From NCBI GenBank assembly GCA_947166445.1, contig CAMVED010000002.1:6314-70313 (forward strand): a stretch of DNA of 64,000 nt, in the 5' to 3' direction. Positions 55,221 to 64,000 of the stretch are shown here, in pieces (within the stretch, counting starts at the first letter, position 1; every line of letters starts with the position of its first letter). Made by a program: the position numbers and the translations under genes. This DNA comes from an uncultured Mycoplasmatota bacterium. Lineage in GTDB: Bacteria > Bacillota_I > Bacilli_A > RF39 > UBA660. The notes under the pieces were generated by a model. It ran no database searches and was not told where the DNA came from. It was given only the letters and a program-made list of their open reading frames with translations.

Positions 55221-58200
55221 TTATTTAAAAGATTTTCTATAAATTAAATATCCACCAGAAGCTACAAGAATTATACCAGTTACTATTGAAATAATTGCTA
55301 TATTACTACCAGTATCTGGAATACTTATAAACTGATTATTCAATAATGGATTCCTAAGTTCATCTAGTTTTATAACAGGATCATCGTCATATTGAATGGA
55401 TGCATTATTTTCAACTAATAATTTTTCACCAGTTACTCTAACATCATATGTTAATTCTTCATCTTTTCCAGAAGCGATTTCTTTTGTCCATACTAACATT
55501 GTACCATTAGCATCTTTCGTAACACTAAGTGGATTAATCTTTTTACCATTAACACGAGATGAACCTTTTACATATTCAAGACCTTTACTTAAATTATCCA
55601 TTATAATAACACTACTTGCAGTATCTTTAACATTACTATACTTAATACTATATGTAATAACATCATTTTTCTTAACTGTTGCACCATTATATCCAGCTTT
55701 AGTACTCCTAGAATAAGTCTTTTGAGGTACTGGATTTACTAATCTTTTTAAAACTCTTTCATATTCTGGATTATTACTATATATAATAGAAGCTTTATTT
55801 ATTACTTTAGTAGTTTCACCAGTTACAATTACTTCATAAGTTAATGATTCTTCTTGATCCTTTTCAAGTTCTCTTTTCCATGTAAGTGTCTTGTTCTTAT
55901 TAGACAATTTAGGATCAGCAATCTTTTTACCATTAATTTTACTTGTTCCACGAACATATTCTATACCCTTACTTAAAGTATCCTTAATCGTAGCAGTAAC
56001 TTTTTCATCAGCAACATTAACATATCTTATTTCATATCTTATTCTATTTCTTTCAGCTACTGCAGCATGATTATATCCACTTGGAGTATTTTCATCATAT
56101 CTTTTCACAGGAACAGGATTCTTTAATTCTTCAATATCTGTCCATGGACTATTGCAAACATATCCAGTCATACTACATTCTTGTTTAGTAGCAGAACAAG
56201 ATTCATCTGTTGCAGCTTTACAACCATCATCTACTCCAACAGTACATCTAGGTTCACATGACTTATTTAATTGTTCTGTACATCCCTCAATCGTATCAGT
56301 TTTTTCAATTGCTTCAGCATTTTTACATATCTTAAAATCAAAATCATTCTCAACTCTAATTGTTTTTCCAGTAACTTTAACTTGATAAACAATTATCTCT
56401 ATTCCAAGAGATGGCATATCCCTTCTAGTCCAATAAATTTCTGTTTTTCCATCTTCTTTTGTAATAACTTTTTCAGTAACACCCGCTTCTTCAAGAGACT
56501 TACAATTTTCTTTATTGTGATCACAAATCTTAGCAGTACCTGCTTTATATGTAAGTCCATCACTCAAAGTATCTCTTAAATTAAGTGTTGCAGAAGTTAA
56601 GAAACCATTTGAATAACCAATATTATAAGTAATGATATCATTTTTTTGAACAATTTTACCATTCATTCCATTAGCTGTATTTACATCATATTCTTTTCTT
56701 GGTACAGGATTATGAAGCGAACCAATATCTAAAACAGGCCCATCACCATATTTAGCAGTTGCATTATTATTTACAAAATTTATTGCATCACTATTAACTC
56801 TTGCACTATATGTAAATGAAGCAACTGTACCTTTAGGAACTTTAACTTGCCATACTATACTCGTTGTTTTAGTTTCACTATTCACTTGCTCTGCTAAAGC
56901 CTGTACTTCAACACCATTTAATTTTGAATCTTTATTATAAGTTAAACCTTTTGATAAAACATCAGTTATAGTAATAATTTCATCAGAATTAACACTTGCC
57001 AATGTAATTTTATATTTTATATCATCACCAACAATGTTTCTTTTTTCGTTAGGCATCTTTACTTCGTGATGATTCCAACCTTTATTATCATCATAACTAG
57101 TACCATCATATAATTTTTCAGGTGGAGGTGCTACTTTAACTTGTACTACATTACCTGTTAAAGGTGTATTATTAACATAAGTAACAGGTTGATTATTTAC
57201 AATATAGAATCCAGCTTGATCTTTTTGATAACTACTATAATCATATCTATCAGGTTGATTAACATAAGTTTGTCCTAATTTAAACTGTGCAGGTATTACC
57301 AATTCATAAGTTGAACCATAAAACGCATCATTTGCTAATGTTGTAGCTTTAGCAGTTGCTTTAACCACATTATCTTGTACCGTTATATCAAAATAACTTG
57401 TTACATCAGCATTATTACTAGTTACATTCAATACTTTTATCTTGTCAACAGTAGTTTTTGACATATCATGAGCAGGATCTAAAGTATCTTGCATCCAAAA
57501 TGATTGATAATAATATTCAGGCAACTGTATTGGTACATTTTGTCTCACAGTATAAGTAAAAGTAGTTTGATAATCTACATAATCAGTACTAACAGCTTTT
57601 GTAGGAGGTGGAGTTTCAACAACAACTGGTGCTTCAGGAGAATGTTGCATACCACCTACTGAAGATTTATCTGCTTCATAAAAACTATATACTCTTTCTA
57701 TTGATGCACCAGAGAATATTTCACTAAATGCATTTTCTTTCGTAGTTGAAGGAACAGAATCCTTTGTATTATAATATACATAAGGTTTATTATAAGTTCC
57801 ATCTGCTTTTACCCAACTAAGATTAGTAAATCTTAAAGCATTATTGCTTGAGCTAATATATAATAACCTTACGGGTGATGAGTCCCAAAAAGAAATTCCT
57901 TGTTGATTATCAACATCCCAATAAGTTGTATTACCGTTTACAACGTAAGGAGTACCAGAACAAGGACCATTTGTTGCAGTATCACTTGCAGTAAAGCTCC
58001 AAAGTACTCTAATATAATCAAGTCCTAAAGATTCTACAGAAAGAACAGATCGCCTTTGTGATATTGAAACCTGACTTGAACCATTAGTTATAGCCATAAC
58101 AGCAGTATTAGGTTGTGAGCTATCATCATCTTTAACGCTTTCACTAACTCTATAATCAATTACTTGGCCTTCAACATCTACCCAACGATTTGCAAACATT

Positions 58201-58607
58201 CCAAGTCTTGGAAAACAAACTTTATAATCACGAACTTCATCAGTAGTTGATGTAGCAACTGGAGCTTTAGACGGCACTATACCTGAGCCGCCAAAAACAG
58301 CTTTCCATGTCTCACTTTCTTCTGTATAATTTTTCCATTTTGTCTTCAATGAATCAGATACAGCCATACCACCAGAATATGTAACTGATGCAGGATTTGA
58401 AACATTACCAAAACTAAAGCCAGCAAAATCTCTTGGTACTGTACCTTGAACCGCGTTACCTGTCAGTGGACTTCCACCAGATTGTATTGCAGACTTAATC
58501 GCTCCATATAAAGAACTAGGAGGATCAGCAGCAAATACATTTGGCACGCTTATAAAAGTTACCAACAAAATAAAATTCAGAAACAATAATTTAAAAATAT
58601 TCTTCAT
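55221..58607 (-). CDS. sortase-anchored surface/pilin-like protein with repeated isopeptide-type domains
   Basis: Signal peptide (VFA/AD); repeats starting NPVP.K.Y at about 56711, 56120 and 55736; C-terminal IPDTG followed by a TM segment and RKSFK. Confidence 0.85.
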   Translation of the reverse strand: MKNIFKLLFLNFILLVTFISVPNVFAADPPSSLYGAIKSAIQSGGSPLTGNAVQGTVPRDFAGFSFGNVSNPASVTYSGGMAVSDSLKTKWKNYTEESETWKAVFGGSGIVPSKAPVATSTTDEVRDYKVCFPRLGMFANRWVDVEGQVIDYRVSESVKDDDSSQPNTAVMAITNGSSQVSISQRRSVLSVESLGLDYIRVLWSFTASDTATNGPCSGTPYVVNGNTTYWDVDNQQGISFWDSSPVRLLYISSSNNALRFTNLSWVKADGTYNKPYVYYNTKDSVPSTTKENAFSEIFSGASIERVYSFYEADKSSVGGMQHSPEAPVVVETPPPTKAVSTDYVDYQTTFTYTVRQNVPIQLPEYYYQSFWMQDTLDPAHDMSKTTVDKIKVLNVTSNNADVTSYFDITVQDNVVKATAKATTLANDAFYGSTYELVIPAQFKLGQTYVNQPDRYDYSSYQKDQAGFYIVNNQPVTYVNNTPLTGNVVQVKVAPPPEKLYDGTSYDDNKGWNHHEVKMPNEKRNIVGDDIKYKITLASVNSDEIITITDVLSKGLTYNKDSKLNGVEVQALAEQVNSETKTTSIVWQVKVPKGTVASFTYSARVNSDAINFVNNNATAKYGDGPVLDIGSLHNPVPRKEYDVNTANGMNGKIVQKNDIITYNIGYSNGFLTSATLNLRDTLSDGLTYKAGTAKICDHNKENCKSLEEAGVTEKVITKEDGKTEIYWTRRDMPSLGIEIIVYQVKVTGKTIRVENDFDFKICKNAEAIEKTDTIEGCTEQLNKSCEPRCTVGVDDGCKAATDESCSATKQECSMTGYVCNSPWTDIEELKNPVPVKRYDENTPSGYNHAAVAERNRIRYEIRYVNVADEKVTATIKDTLSKGIEYVRGTSKINGKKIADPKLSNKNKTLTWKRELEKDQEESLTYEVIVTGETTKVINKASIIYSNNPEYERVLKRLVNPVPQKTYSRSTKAGYNGATVKKNDVITYSIKYSNVKDTASSVIIMDNLSKGLEYVKGSSRVNGKKINPLSVTKDANGTMLVWTKEIASGKDEELTYDVRVTGEKLLVENNASIQYDDDPVIKLDELRNPLLNNQFISIPDTGSNIAIISIVTGIILVASGGYLIYRKSFK

Positions 58608-58730
58608 TACTACACCTCTTTCTATCAGACAATACTATCTTATACTATTGATTATAACATCATAAAAATCAAAAATCAATACAAAAATAGTTTAAAAAAA
58701 TAAAGAAAAGATCAATATAAATTTCTTTAT

Positions 58731-59735
58731 TTAAACCATTGATTTTCTAGTGAAAACTGATACATCTTTATTAACATAGACATACACTTTTCCTTCAAGT
58801 ATTGTTTTAACAAAACCTAATCCATTTATAACTACATCTTCATGATACTTTAGATTCAGTTCTTTTCTAGATAAATCTTTTAAATCATTATGTCTTTTTC
58901 CATTTATTCTTTTAATAGTAATATCATTTGAAACAAATACTGTAAAGCTATTTCTCTCTCCTTCAACATAATCTATTCTTAAGAAATCTTCAAAAACTAA
59001 AGCCTGCCCTTTTTTTATTTGATATGTTCTTGGCTTTATTGTGCTATGTGATGATATTTTTTTTATATTTGACTCAGTTATATAATTAACAATATTATAT
59101 GAATCTACAATTCCAGGAGTATCAATAAGAACAAAATCTTTAAAAGGAATTCTTATTTCATCCAGTGTCGTAGAAGGCATACTAGATATAGTTATACTTG
59201 AAGTATCTACTGAATAATTTTCTATAATTTTATTCATAAGAGTACTTTTTCCAGCATTAGTACTACCTACTACATATACATCTTTATATACTCTATGCTT
59301 TTTTATTAAGTTCATAAGTCTGTCCAAATTATAATTCTTATTAGCACTTATTACTATTTTATCTACAAAAACATCTTCTTGAGTTCTATTAATATATTCT
59401 ATTATTTTTTCATCTGTAACTGATAAAGGAAGCATATCTTTTTTATTTAAGACAAGAATTACCTTATTGTTTGAAAGATATTCTTTTATACTCTCTAAAT
59501 GTTCTGGAATTGATAATAAGTCCACTACATATAAAACTAAAGACTTAGTTTTACCAACGTTTTTGATTATTTCTAAATACTCATCATTTGTTTTTGCAAC
59601 TATTTGATACTCTCCGTAATTCTTTAGTCTAAAACAACGTCTACATAAATCATTAGTTAAGTCATTAGTATATCCTTCAAGCAAAACATTGTTGTCTTGA
59701 AGTCTTGCACCACAACCCTTACAATACTTAATCAT
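58731..59735 (-). CDS. yqeH: ribosome biogenesis GTPase YqeH
   Basis: N-terminal zinc finger CKGCG...CRRCF and a circularly permuted GTPase (LNKKD ... GSTNAGKST ... DTPG). Confidence 0.9.
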   Translation of the reverse strand: MIKYCKGCGARLQDNNVLLEGYTNDLTNDLCRRCFRLKNYGEYQIVAKTNDEYLEIIKNVGKTKSLVLYVVDLLSIPEHLESIKEYLSNNKVILVLNKKDMLPLSVTDEKIIEYINRTQEDVFVDKIVISANKNYNLDRLMNLIKKHRVYKDVYVVGSTNAGKSTLMNKIIENYSVDTSSITISSMPSTTLDEIRIPFKDFVLIDTPGIVDSYNIVNYITESNIKKISSHSTIKPRTYQIKKGQALVFEDFLRIDYVEGERNSFTVFVSNDITIKRINGKRHNDLKDLSRKELNLKYHEDVVINGLGFVKTILEGKVYVYVNKDVSVFTRKSMV

Positions 59736-60234
59736 AATAACTACCTCTCTTGATTTTATTTTTCTTTAAAATAATTCTTTCTATAACTCTGTTTAGCCTT
59801 GTTAATAACCATTCGTTATTATTAATGGGGTCAATTAATATTGAGAAGTAATTCATTCTATTGCTTCCTAACACATCAGTTATAACTTGATCTCCAATCA
59901 TGGCTATTTCTTCTGGATTTATATCTTTTAGTTTAAGCTTTCTAAATCCTTTGTTAGAAGGCTTTCTGCTGTCCTTTATATATTGTACACTTAGTTTTTC
60001 AGAAGTTTTTTGTAGTTTGCTTTTATGAATACTGTTAGAAACTATATATATATTGAATTGTTTCTTGAGATTATTAAAAAGTTTAATAGTTTTGTCATCT
60101 ATTAAATAGTTCCCTTTTTCTAGCAAAGTGTTATCGAAGTCAAACAAAAGTACTTTTATACCTATTTTTTTTAATTTTTTATAGTCAATTAAATGAATAT
60201 TTTTTTTATACATATCAGGAATAAATTTACTCAT
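59728..60234 (-). CDS. yqeG: YqeG-family HAD phosphatase
   Basis: LLFDFDNTL and IGDQVITDV motifs. Overlaps the yqeH start by 8 nt. Confidence 0.88.
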   Translation of the reverse strand: MSKFIPDMYKKNIHLIDYKKLKKIGIKVLLFDFDNTLLEKGNYLIDDKTIKLFNNLKKQFNIYIVSNSIHKSKLQKTSEKLSVQYIKDSRKPSNKGFRKLKLKDINPEEIAMIGDQVITDVLGSNRMNYFSILIDPINNNEWLLTRLNRVIERIILKKNKIKRGSYYD

Positions 60235-60277
60235 AGTATCACCATTATAATTATATCATAACAAAAGAAAAAAAGCA

Positions 60278-61501
60278 CTAGGCTTTCTTTCTGGAATTAG
60301 ATTCAAGTTTTAATTTTACTGTTATTTCTTTATTATCACGTTTAATTGTTATTTTTATTGTTTCTCCGACTTTGTGTTCATATAATTTATATTTGAAGTG
60401 TGAAGAATTTTCTACTTCTTCTCCTTCCACTTTTGTAATTATATCTCCTTTTTTAATCCCAGCATTTTCTGCAGCGGAATTTGGTTCAACTGAATCTACT
60501 ATTACATATGTTTCGTTACTAAAGAATGATGCAGTTGTATCATATATTGAAACGCCAATATATGGTCTATCAACTTTATCTCCTTTTACAAAACTATCTG
60601 CATAATCCATAGCTGTTTCTATCGGAATAGCAAAACCCATTCCTTCGATTTGATCGGATGCAAGTTTCATATTAGTTATTCCTATTACTTCACCATTAGC
60701 ATTACAAAGCGGTCCACCACTATTACCTGAATTAATTGGAGTATCTGTTTGCAGAACGTTCATATAACTTGTACCGCTTGATACTAATCTGTCTTTACCT
60801 GATAAAATACCTCTTGTGACAGACCAAGAATATGCTTTAGCATCAAGAGGGGTTCCTACTGCAAAAGTAGTATCTCCCACTCTCATTTTACTATTATTAC
60901 CAATTTCTGCTACTTGGGTTATGTTTTTCTTGGGTACCCTTAAAACTGCAACATCTGAAAAATCATCATTTCCAAGAACTTCTGCTGTTGCAGTTTCTTT
61001 ATTAGTAAATCTAACATTTACTGCTGTTGCATTAGCAATTACATGATTGTTTGTTAAAATATAACCATAAATGTTATCAGTTTTATATACAAATCCTGAT
61101 CCTGTTGCATATAACTTATCATTTACATAGTTTTCTACAACTACTACTGAGTCATATACTTTAGCAACCGCATCTGCTATTCCTGTATCATCTACAGTTA
61201 CTTTCTTATTGCTGTAATTTATATTGTTTTCACTGTTTTCGAAATATCTCCATAAAAATAATGAACCCGCAAAGAATAATAAAAGAAGTATCAAAACTAT
61301 AAATAGTTTAAAAACACTAAAGCTTTTTTTAGTTTTTTCTTTACTAATTGTTACCGGTTCGCTTTGCTTATGACCGCATCTAAAACAAAACTCATCTTTT
61401 TCTGAAATAACATTTCCGCATTTTATGCATCTTTGTTCTACAACTGTAGTTCTTTTGCTCCTTTTTTTGTCTTCTTCTTTAATACTTTCATCTTTTTCCA
61501 T
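60278..61501 (-). CDS. htrA: HtrA/DegP-type serine protease with an N-terminal zinc ribbon and a C-terminal PDZ domain
   Basis: CIKCGN...CFRCG, a TM segment, the catalytic triad context (TNNHV, DVAVL, GNSGGPL), and a PDZ domain. Confidence 0.9.
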   Translation of the reverse strand: MEKDESIKEEDKKRSKRTTVVEQRCIKCGNVISEKDEFCFRCGHKQSEPVTISKEKTKKSFSVFKLFIVLILLLLFFAGSLFLWRYFENSENNINYSNKKVTVDDTGIADAVAKVYDSVVVVENYVNDKLYATGSGFVYKTDNIYGYILTNNHVIANATAVNVRFTNKETATAEVLGNDDFSDVAVLRVPKKNITQVAEIGNNSKMRVGDTTFAVGTPLDAKAYSWSVTRGILSGKDRLVSSGTSYMNVLQTDTPINSGNSGGPLCNANGEVIGITNMKLASDQIEGMGFAIPIETAMDYADSFVKGDKVDRPYIGVSIYDTTASFFSNETYVIVDSVEPNSAAENAGIKKGDIITKVEGEEVENSSHFKYKLYEHKVGETIKITIKRDNKEITVKLKLESNSRKKA

Positions 61502-61618
61502 TATAATACATCTCCTTACTTTGCTAATATATTACTATAATAATATACCACATTATTAATATATCTGCAAAGTATAAAATTTATTTGTTTGGATTGTGAA
61601 AATTTTATGAAATGATTT

Positions 61619-61652
61619 TAAAAAAAAGAATTAGATTTTTTTATCTAATTCC
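61619..61652 (-). terminator. rho-independent terminator, about 195 nt after the typA stop
   Basis: 9-bp stem gaattagat/atctaattc with a 6-nt loop, followed by an 8-T run on minus. Confidence 0.8.
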
Positions 61653-61846
61653 TTTTATATAGTTTAATAAAGTAGGTATAATAATATGTTTTGTGAAGAA
61701 ATTTTATTTATATTTAAAGTTTTTACTTAAAGTTTCCGTCTTACAAAAATATTTTTTTATTCGATGTATCTCCTCCTTTCTAATATAATAGTAAACTCTA
61801 ATTGTGAAAAGTTTGTGTTAAAAAAAAGAAAAATATATAAAATAAA

Positions 61847-63643
61847 CTAAATTCTGTTTCTATATCTTTCTTTATCGTCTAATATTTTTTTTCTAAGTCT
61901 TATAGCATCTGGTGTTACTTCAACAAGTTCATCATCTTCAATAAATTCTAATGCTTCTTCTAGAGAAAATTCTTTTGGTTTAATTAATGTTAAGGCTTCA
62001 TCAGAACCTGATGCACGAGTATTAGTAAGTTGTTTATTTTTACAAGGATTAACATTTAAATCATTGTCTCTATTGTGGATACCTATAATCATTCCTTTAT
62101 ATACTTCTGTAGATGGTCCTACTATCATTGTTCCTCTATCGCTTAAATTAAATAGTGAATAAGCCATGGTTTTCCCGTCTTCCATTGAAACAAGTACACC
62201 ATTTTTCCTTCCTTTTATTTCTCCAACGCAAGGTCTATAATCTTTAAAACTTCTAACCATTATTCCTTCACCTTTAGTATTGGTTATAAAATTGCTTCTA
62301 TAACCTATTAATCCACGAGTAGGAACAAAGAAAGTGATTTTAGTATATGATTCATCACTAGTGATAGAACTCATTATTCCTTTTCTCTCATTTAAGTCAT
62401 TAATGATAGTACCTGAGTAGTCATTTGGACAATTTATAAAAACTTCTTCGAAAGGTTCACATTTTTCGCCATTAATTTCTTTATATAAAACTTCTGGTTT
62501 TGAAACCCCAAGTTCGTAACCTTCTCTTCTCATATTTTCAAGCAGTATTGACAAGTGAAGTTCTCCACGACCTGATACTTTATAACCATCACTGTTTGTA
62601 AGTTCTTCAACTTTTAAACCTACATTTGTTTCTAATTCTCTATCTAATCTTTCCTTGATATGACGATTAGTTAAAAACTTTCCACTACGTCCTGCAAACG
62701 GAGATGAATTAACTAAAAAGTTCATTGATAAGGTTGGTTCTTCAATTACTATTGGGGGAAGCGCTTCAACATGTTCTGGATCACAAATAGTATCGCCAAT
62801 TTCAATTTTAGGACTAGACATAAAAGTAACTATATCTCCGAATCTAGCTTCAGATACTTCTTTTCTTGTTATTCCTTCGTTAACAAACAACTTCCCTATC
62901 TTTGTTTTTTCTAATTCTCCATTGTTTTTGCTTATAGTAATATTCATACCTGATTTTAGTATTCCTTTTGAGACCCTTCCTATACCAAGACGCCCTATAT
63001 AGTCATCATATGTTAGTGATGATACTTGAAGAACAACTGGATCATTTTCGTTACCTTGATATACTTCAGTATTTTCTATTATAGTGTCAAGAAGTGGAAA
63101 TATATTTTCGTCAGAATCTTCTACATTTAATTTAGCAATACCTTTTTTTGCCATGCCATATACTATTGGAAAATCTAATTGTTCCATACTAGCACCAAGT
63201 TCTACAAATAAGTCAAAAGTCATGTCTACTACTTCATCAATACGAGCATCTTTTTTGTCTATTTTATTTATAAATAAAACTGGATTTAAATTGTTCTTTA
63301 AAGCTTGTTCTAAAACAAATCTTGTTTGAGGCATAACCCCTTCTTTTGAATCTACCATTAAAACAACAGTGTCTACTGTTTTGATAATTCTTTCTACTTC
63401 TGAAGAAAAGTCAGCATGTCCTGGAGTATCAACAATATTTATTTTATAATCTTTGTATTTAATAGAACAGTTTTTTGAATATATAGTAATGCCACGTTCT
63501 TTTTCTATATCATTACTATCCATAATTTGAGCGTTGACTATTTCTTCTTTTAAAGCACCACATTGAGATAAAAGTGCATCTACAAGTGTACTTTTTCCAA
63601 CATCTACGTGTGCCACTATTGCTATGTTTAGAATTTTATCCAT
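61847..63643 (-). CDS. typA: translational GTPase TypA/BipA
   Basis: AHVDVGKSTL, DTPGHADF and NKID motifs. Start at ATG 63643 (AAGGGAGA SD). Confidence 0.95.
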   Translation of the reverse strand: MDKILNIAIVAHVDVGKSTLVDALLSQCGALKEEIVNAQIMDSNDIEKERGITIYSKNCSIKYKDYKINIVDTPGHADFSSEVERIIKTVDTVVLMVDSKEGVMPQTRFVLEQALKNNLNPVLFINKIDKKDARIDEVVDMTFDLFVELGASMEQLDFPIVYGMAKKGIAKLNVEDSDENIFPLLDTIIENTEVYQGNENDPVVLQVSSLTYDDYIGRLGIGRVSKGILKSGMNITISKNNGELEKTKIGKLFVNEGITRKEVSEARFGDIVTFMSSPKIEIGDTICDPEHVEALPPIVIEEPTLSMNFLVNSSPFAGRSGKFLTNRHIKERLDRELETNVGLKVEELTNSDGYKVSGRGELHLSILLENMRREGYELGVSKPEVLYKEINGEKCEPFEEVFINCPNDYSGTIINDLNERKGIMSSITSDESYTKITFFVPTRGLIGYRSNFITNTKGEGIMVRSFKDYRPCVGEIKGRKNGVLVSMEDGKTMAYSLFNLSDRGTMIVGPSTEVYKGMIIGIHNRDNDLNVNPCKNKQLTNTRASGSDEALTLIKPKEFSLEEALEFIEDDELVEVTPDAIRLRKKILDDKERYRNRI

Positions 63644-63676
63644 ACTACTACATCTCCCTTTTTGCAAACCTTAAAA

Positions 63677-63705
63677 ATTATATCAAAAAATACTCATTAT
63701 TGCAA
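63677..63705 (-). promoter_or_regulatory. promoter TTGCAA-17-TATAAT for typA
   Basis: Hexamers at 63700-63705 and 63677-63682. Confidence 0.55.
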
Positions 63706-63735
63706 GGAAAAGATACTAAAAGATTAGTGTTGTTC

Positions 63736-63765
63736 TAAAAAAGTGCAAAACTTTTGTTTTGCACT
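63736..63765 (-). terminator. rho-independent terminator
   Basis: Perfect 10-bp stem agtgcaaaac/gttttgcact with a tttt loop, followed by a T-run on minus. Confidence 0.85.
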
Positions 63766-63776
63766 TTGTACTTATC

Positions 63777-64000
63777 CTATTTCATATAGTATATTTCTAA
63801 TTTTTTATCTGTATGTATAAGCTTAACCGTTACTTCTTTTGGATATCCTAAATCTTTTTTATATTCAAGTTTTATAGTTACTGTATATGCTTTGTCATCT
63901 TTAACATTTTTATAACTATATTTATTTTGTTTTATATTAGTAGCTTCTACAGCAGTTACTATTGGAAGTTCTTGGGTTCTTTTACCATCTAAGTTTTGTT
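63777..64000 (-). CDS. C-terminal fragment of an unidentified CDS that enters from the right edge
   Basis: Open frame on minus ending ...KLIHTDKKLEIYYMK then TAG (63777-63779), followed by a strong terminator. Confidence 0.6.
   Translation of the reverse strand, partial: QNLDGKRTQELPIVTAVEATNIKQNKYSYKNVKDDKAYTVTIKLEYKKDLGYPKEVTVKLIHTDKKLEIYYMK

Overview
This is a visibly AT-rich, code-11 chromosome segment from a low-GC Gram-positive bacterium (Bacillota). PolC, a class B sortase, YunB, rpsU-yqeY, yqeG-yqeH and xerD-deoB synteny support that placement; I cannot place it more finely from sequence alone. I call about 60 protein genes, all but 7 on the minus strand, and one tRNA-Lys(CTT). I found no rRNA, CRISPR array, transposase or integrase. 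Most content is housekeeping:
- energy and DNA-associated genes: PFOR, HU, ferredoxin;
- replication and repair: dnaE, polC, recD2, rarA, xerD-deoB;
- division and envelope: mraZ-rsmH-ftsL-PBP, rpsU-yqeY, a SEDS protein, rseP, cdsA, yqeG-yqeH, htrA;
- translation: a short alaS, typA.

The items most worth a second look are:
1. a 3-gene module of unknown function beside tRNA-Lys where uppS would normally sit: a divergent tandem-HTH regulator, a tandem-AbrB (MraZ-like) protein and a 311-aa orphan;
2. an unannotated convergent small-peptide/small-RNA cassette in the PFOR 3' intergenic region, resembling a type I toxin-antitoxin pair and bracketed by a 22-nt perfect direct repeat;
3. a tightly coupled five-gene operon joining a cysteine desulfurase, a cytoplasmic thioredoxin-like protein and a Trx-CcdA membrane fusion to an MBOAT/DHHW O-acyltransferase pair;
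4. a YtqA-YtqB (radical SAM plus methyltransferase) single-chain fusion;
5. a compact 587-aa AlaRS translationally coupled to a T4 gp1-like kinase, followed by a structured leader/sRNA in front of dinD;
6. two TasA/camelysin-like secreted paralogues;
7. an orphan ORF abutting polC, next to dnaE;
8. a 1128-aa isopeptide-domain surface protein with an IPDTG sorting signal and a Cys-rich insert.

All functional calls come from reading motifs by eye, with no database search, so family names are hypotheses of varying strength. Several start codons were moved from the ORF track to ATGs with a properly spaced Shine-Dalgarno (SD) sequence.
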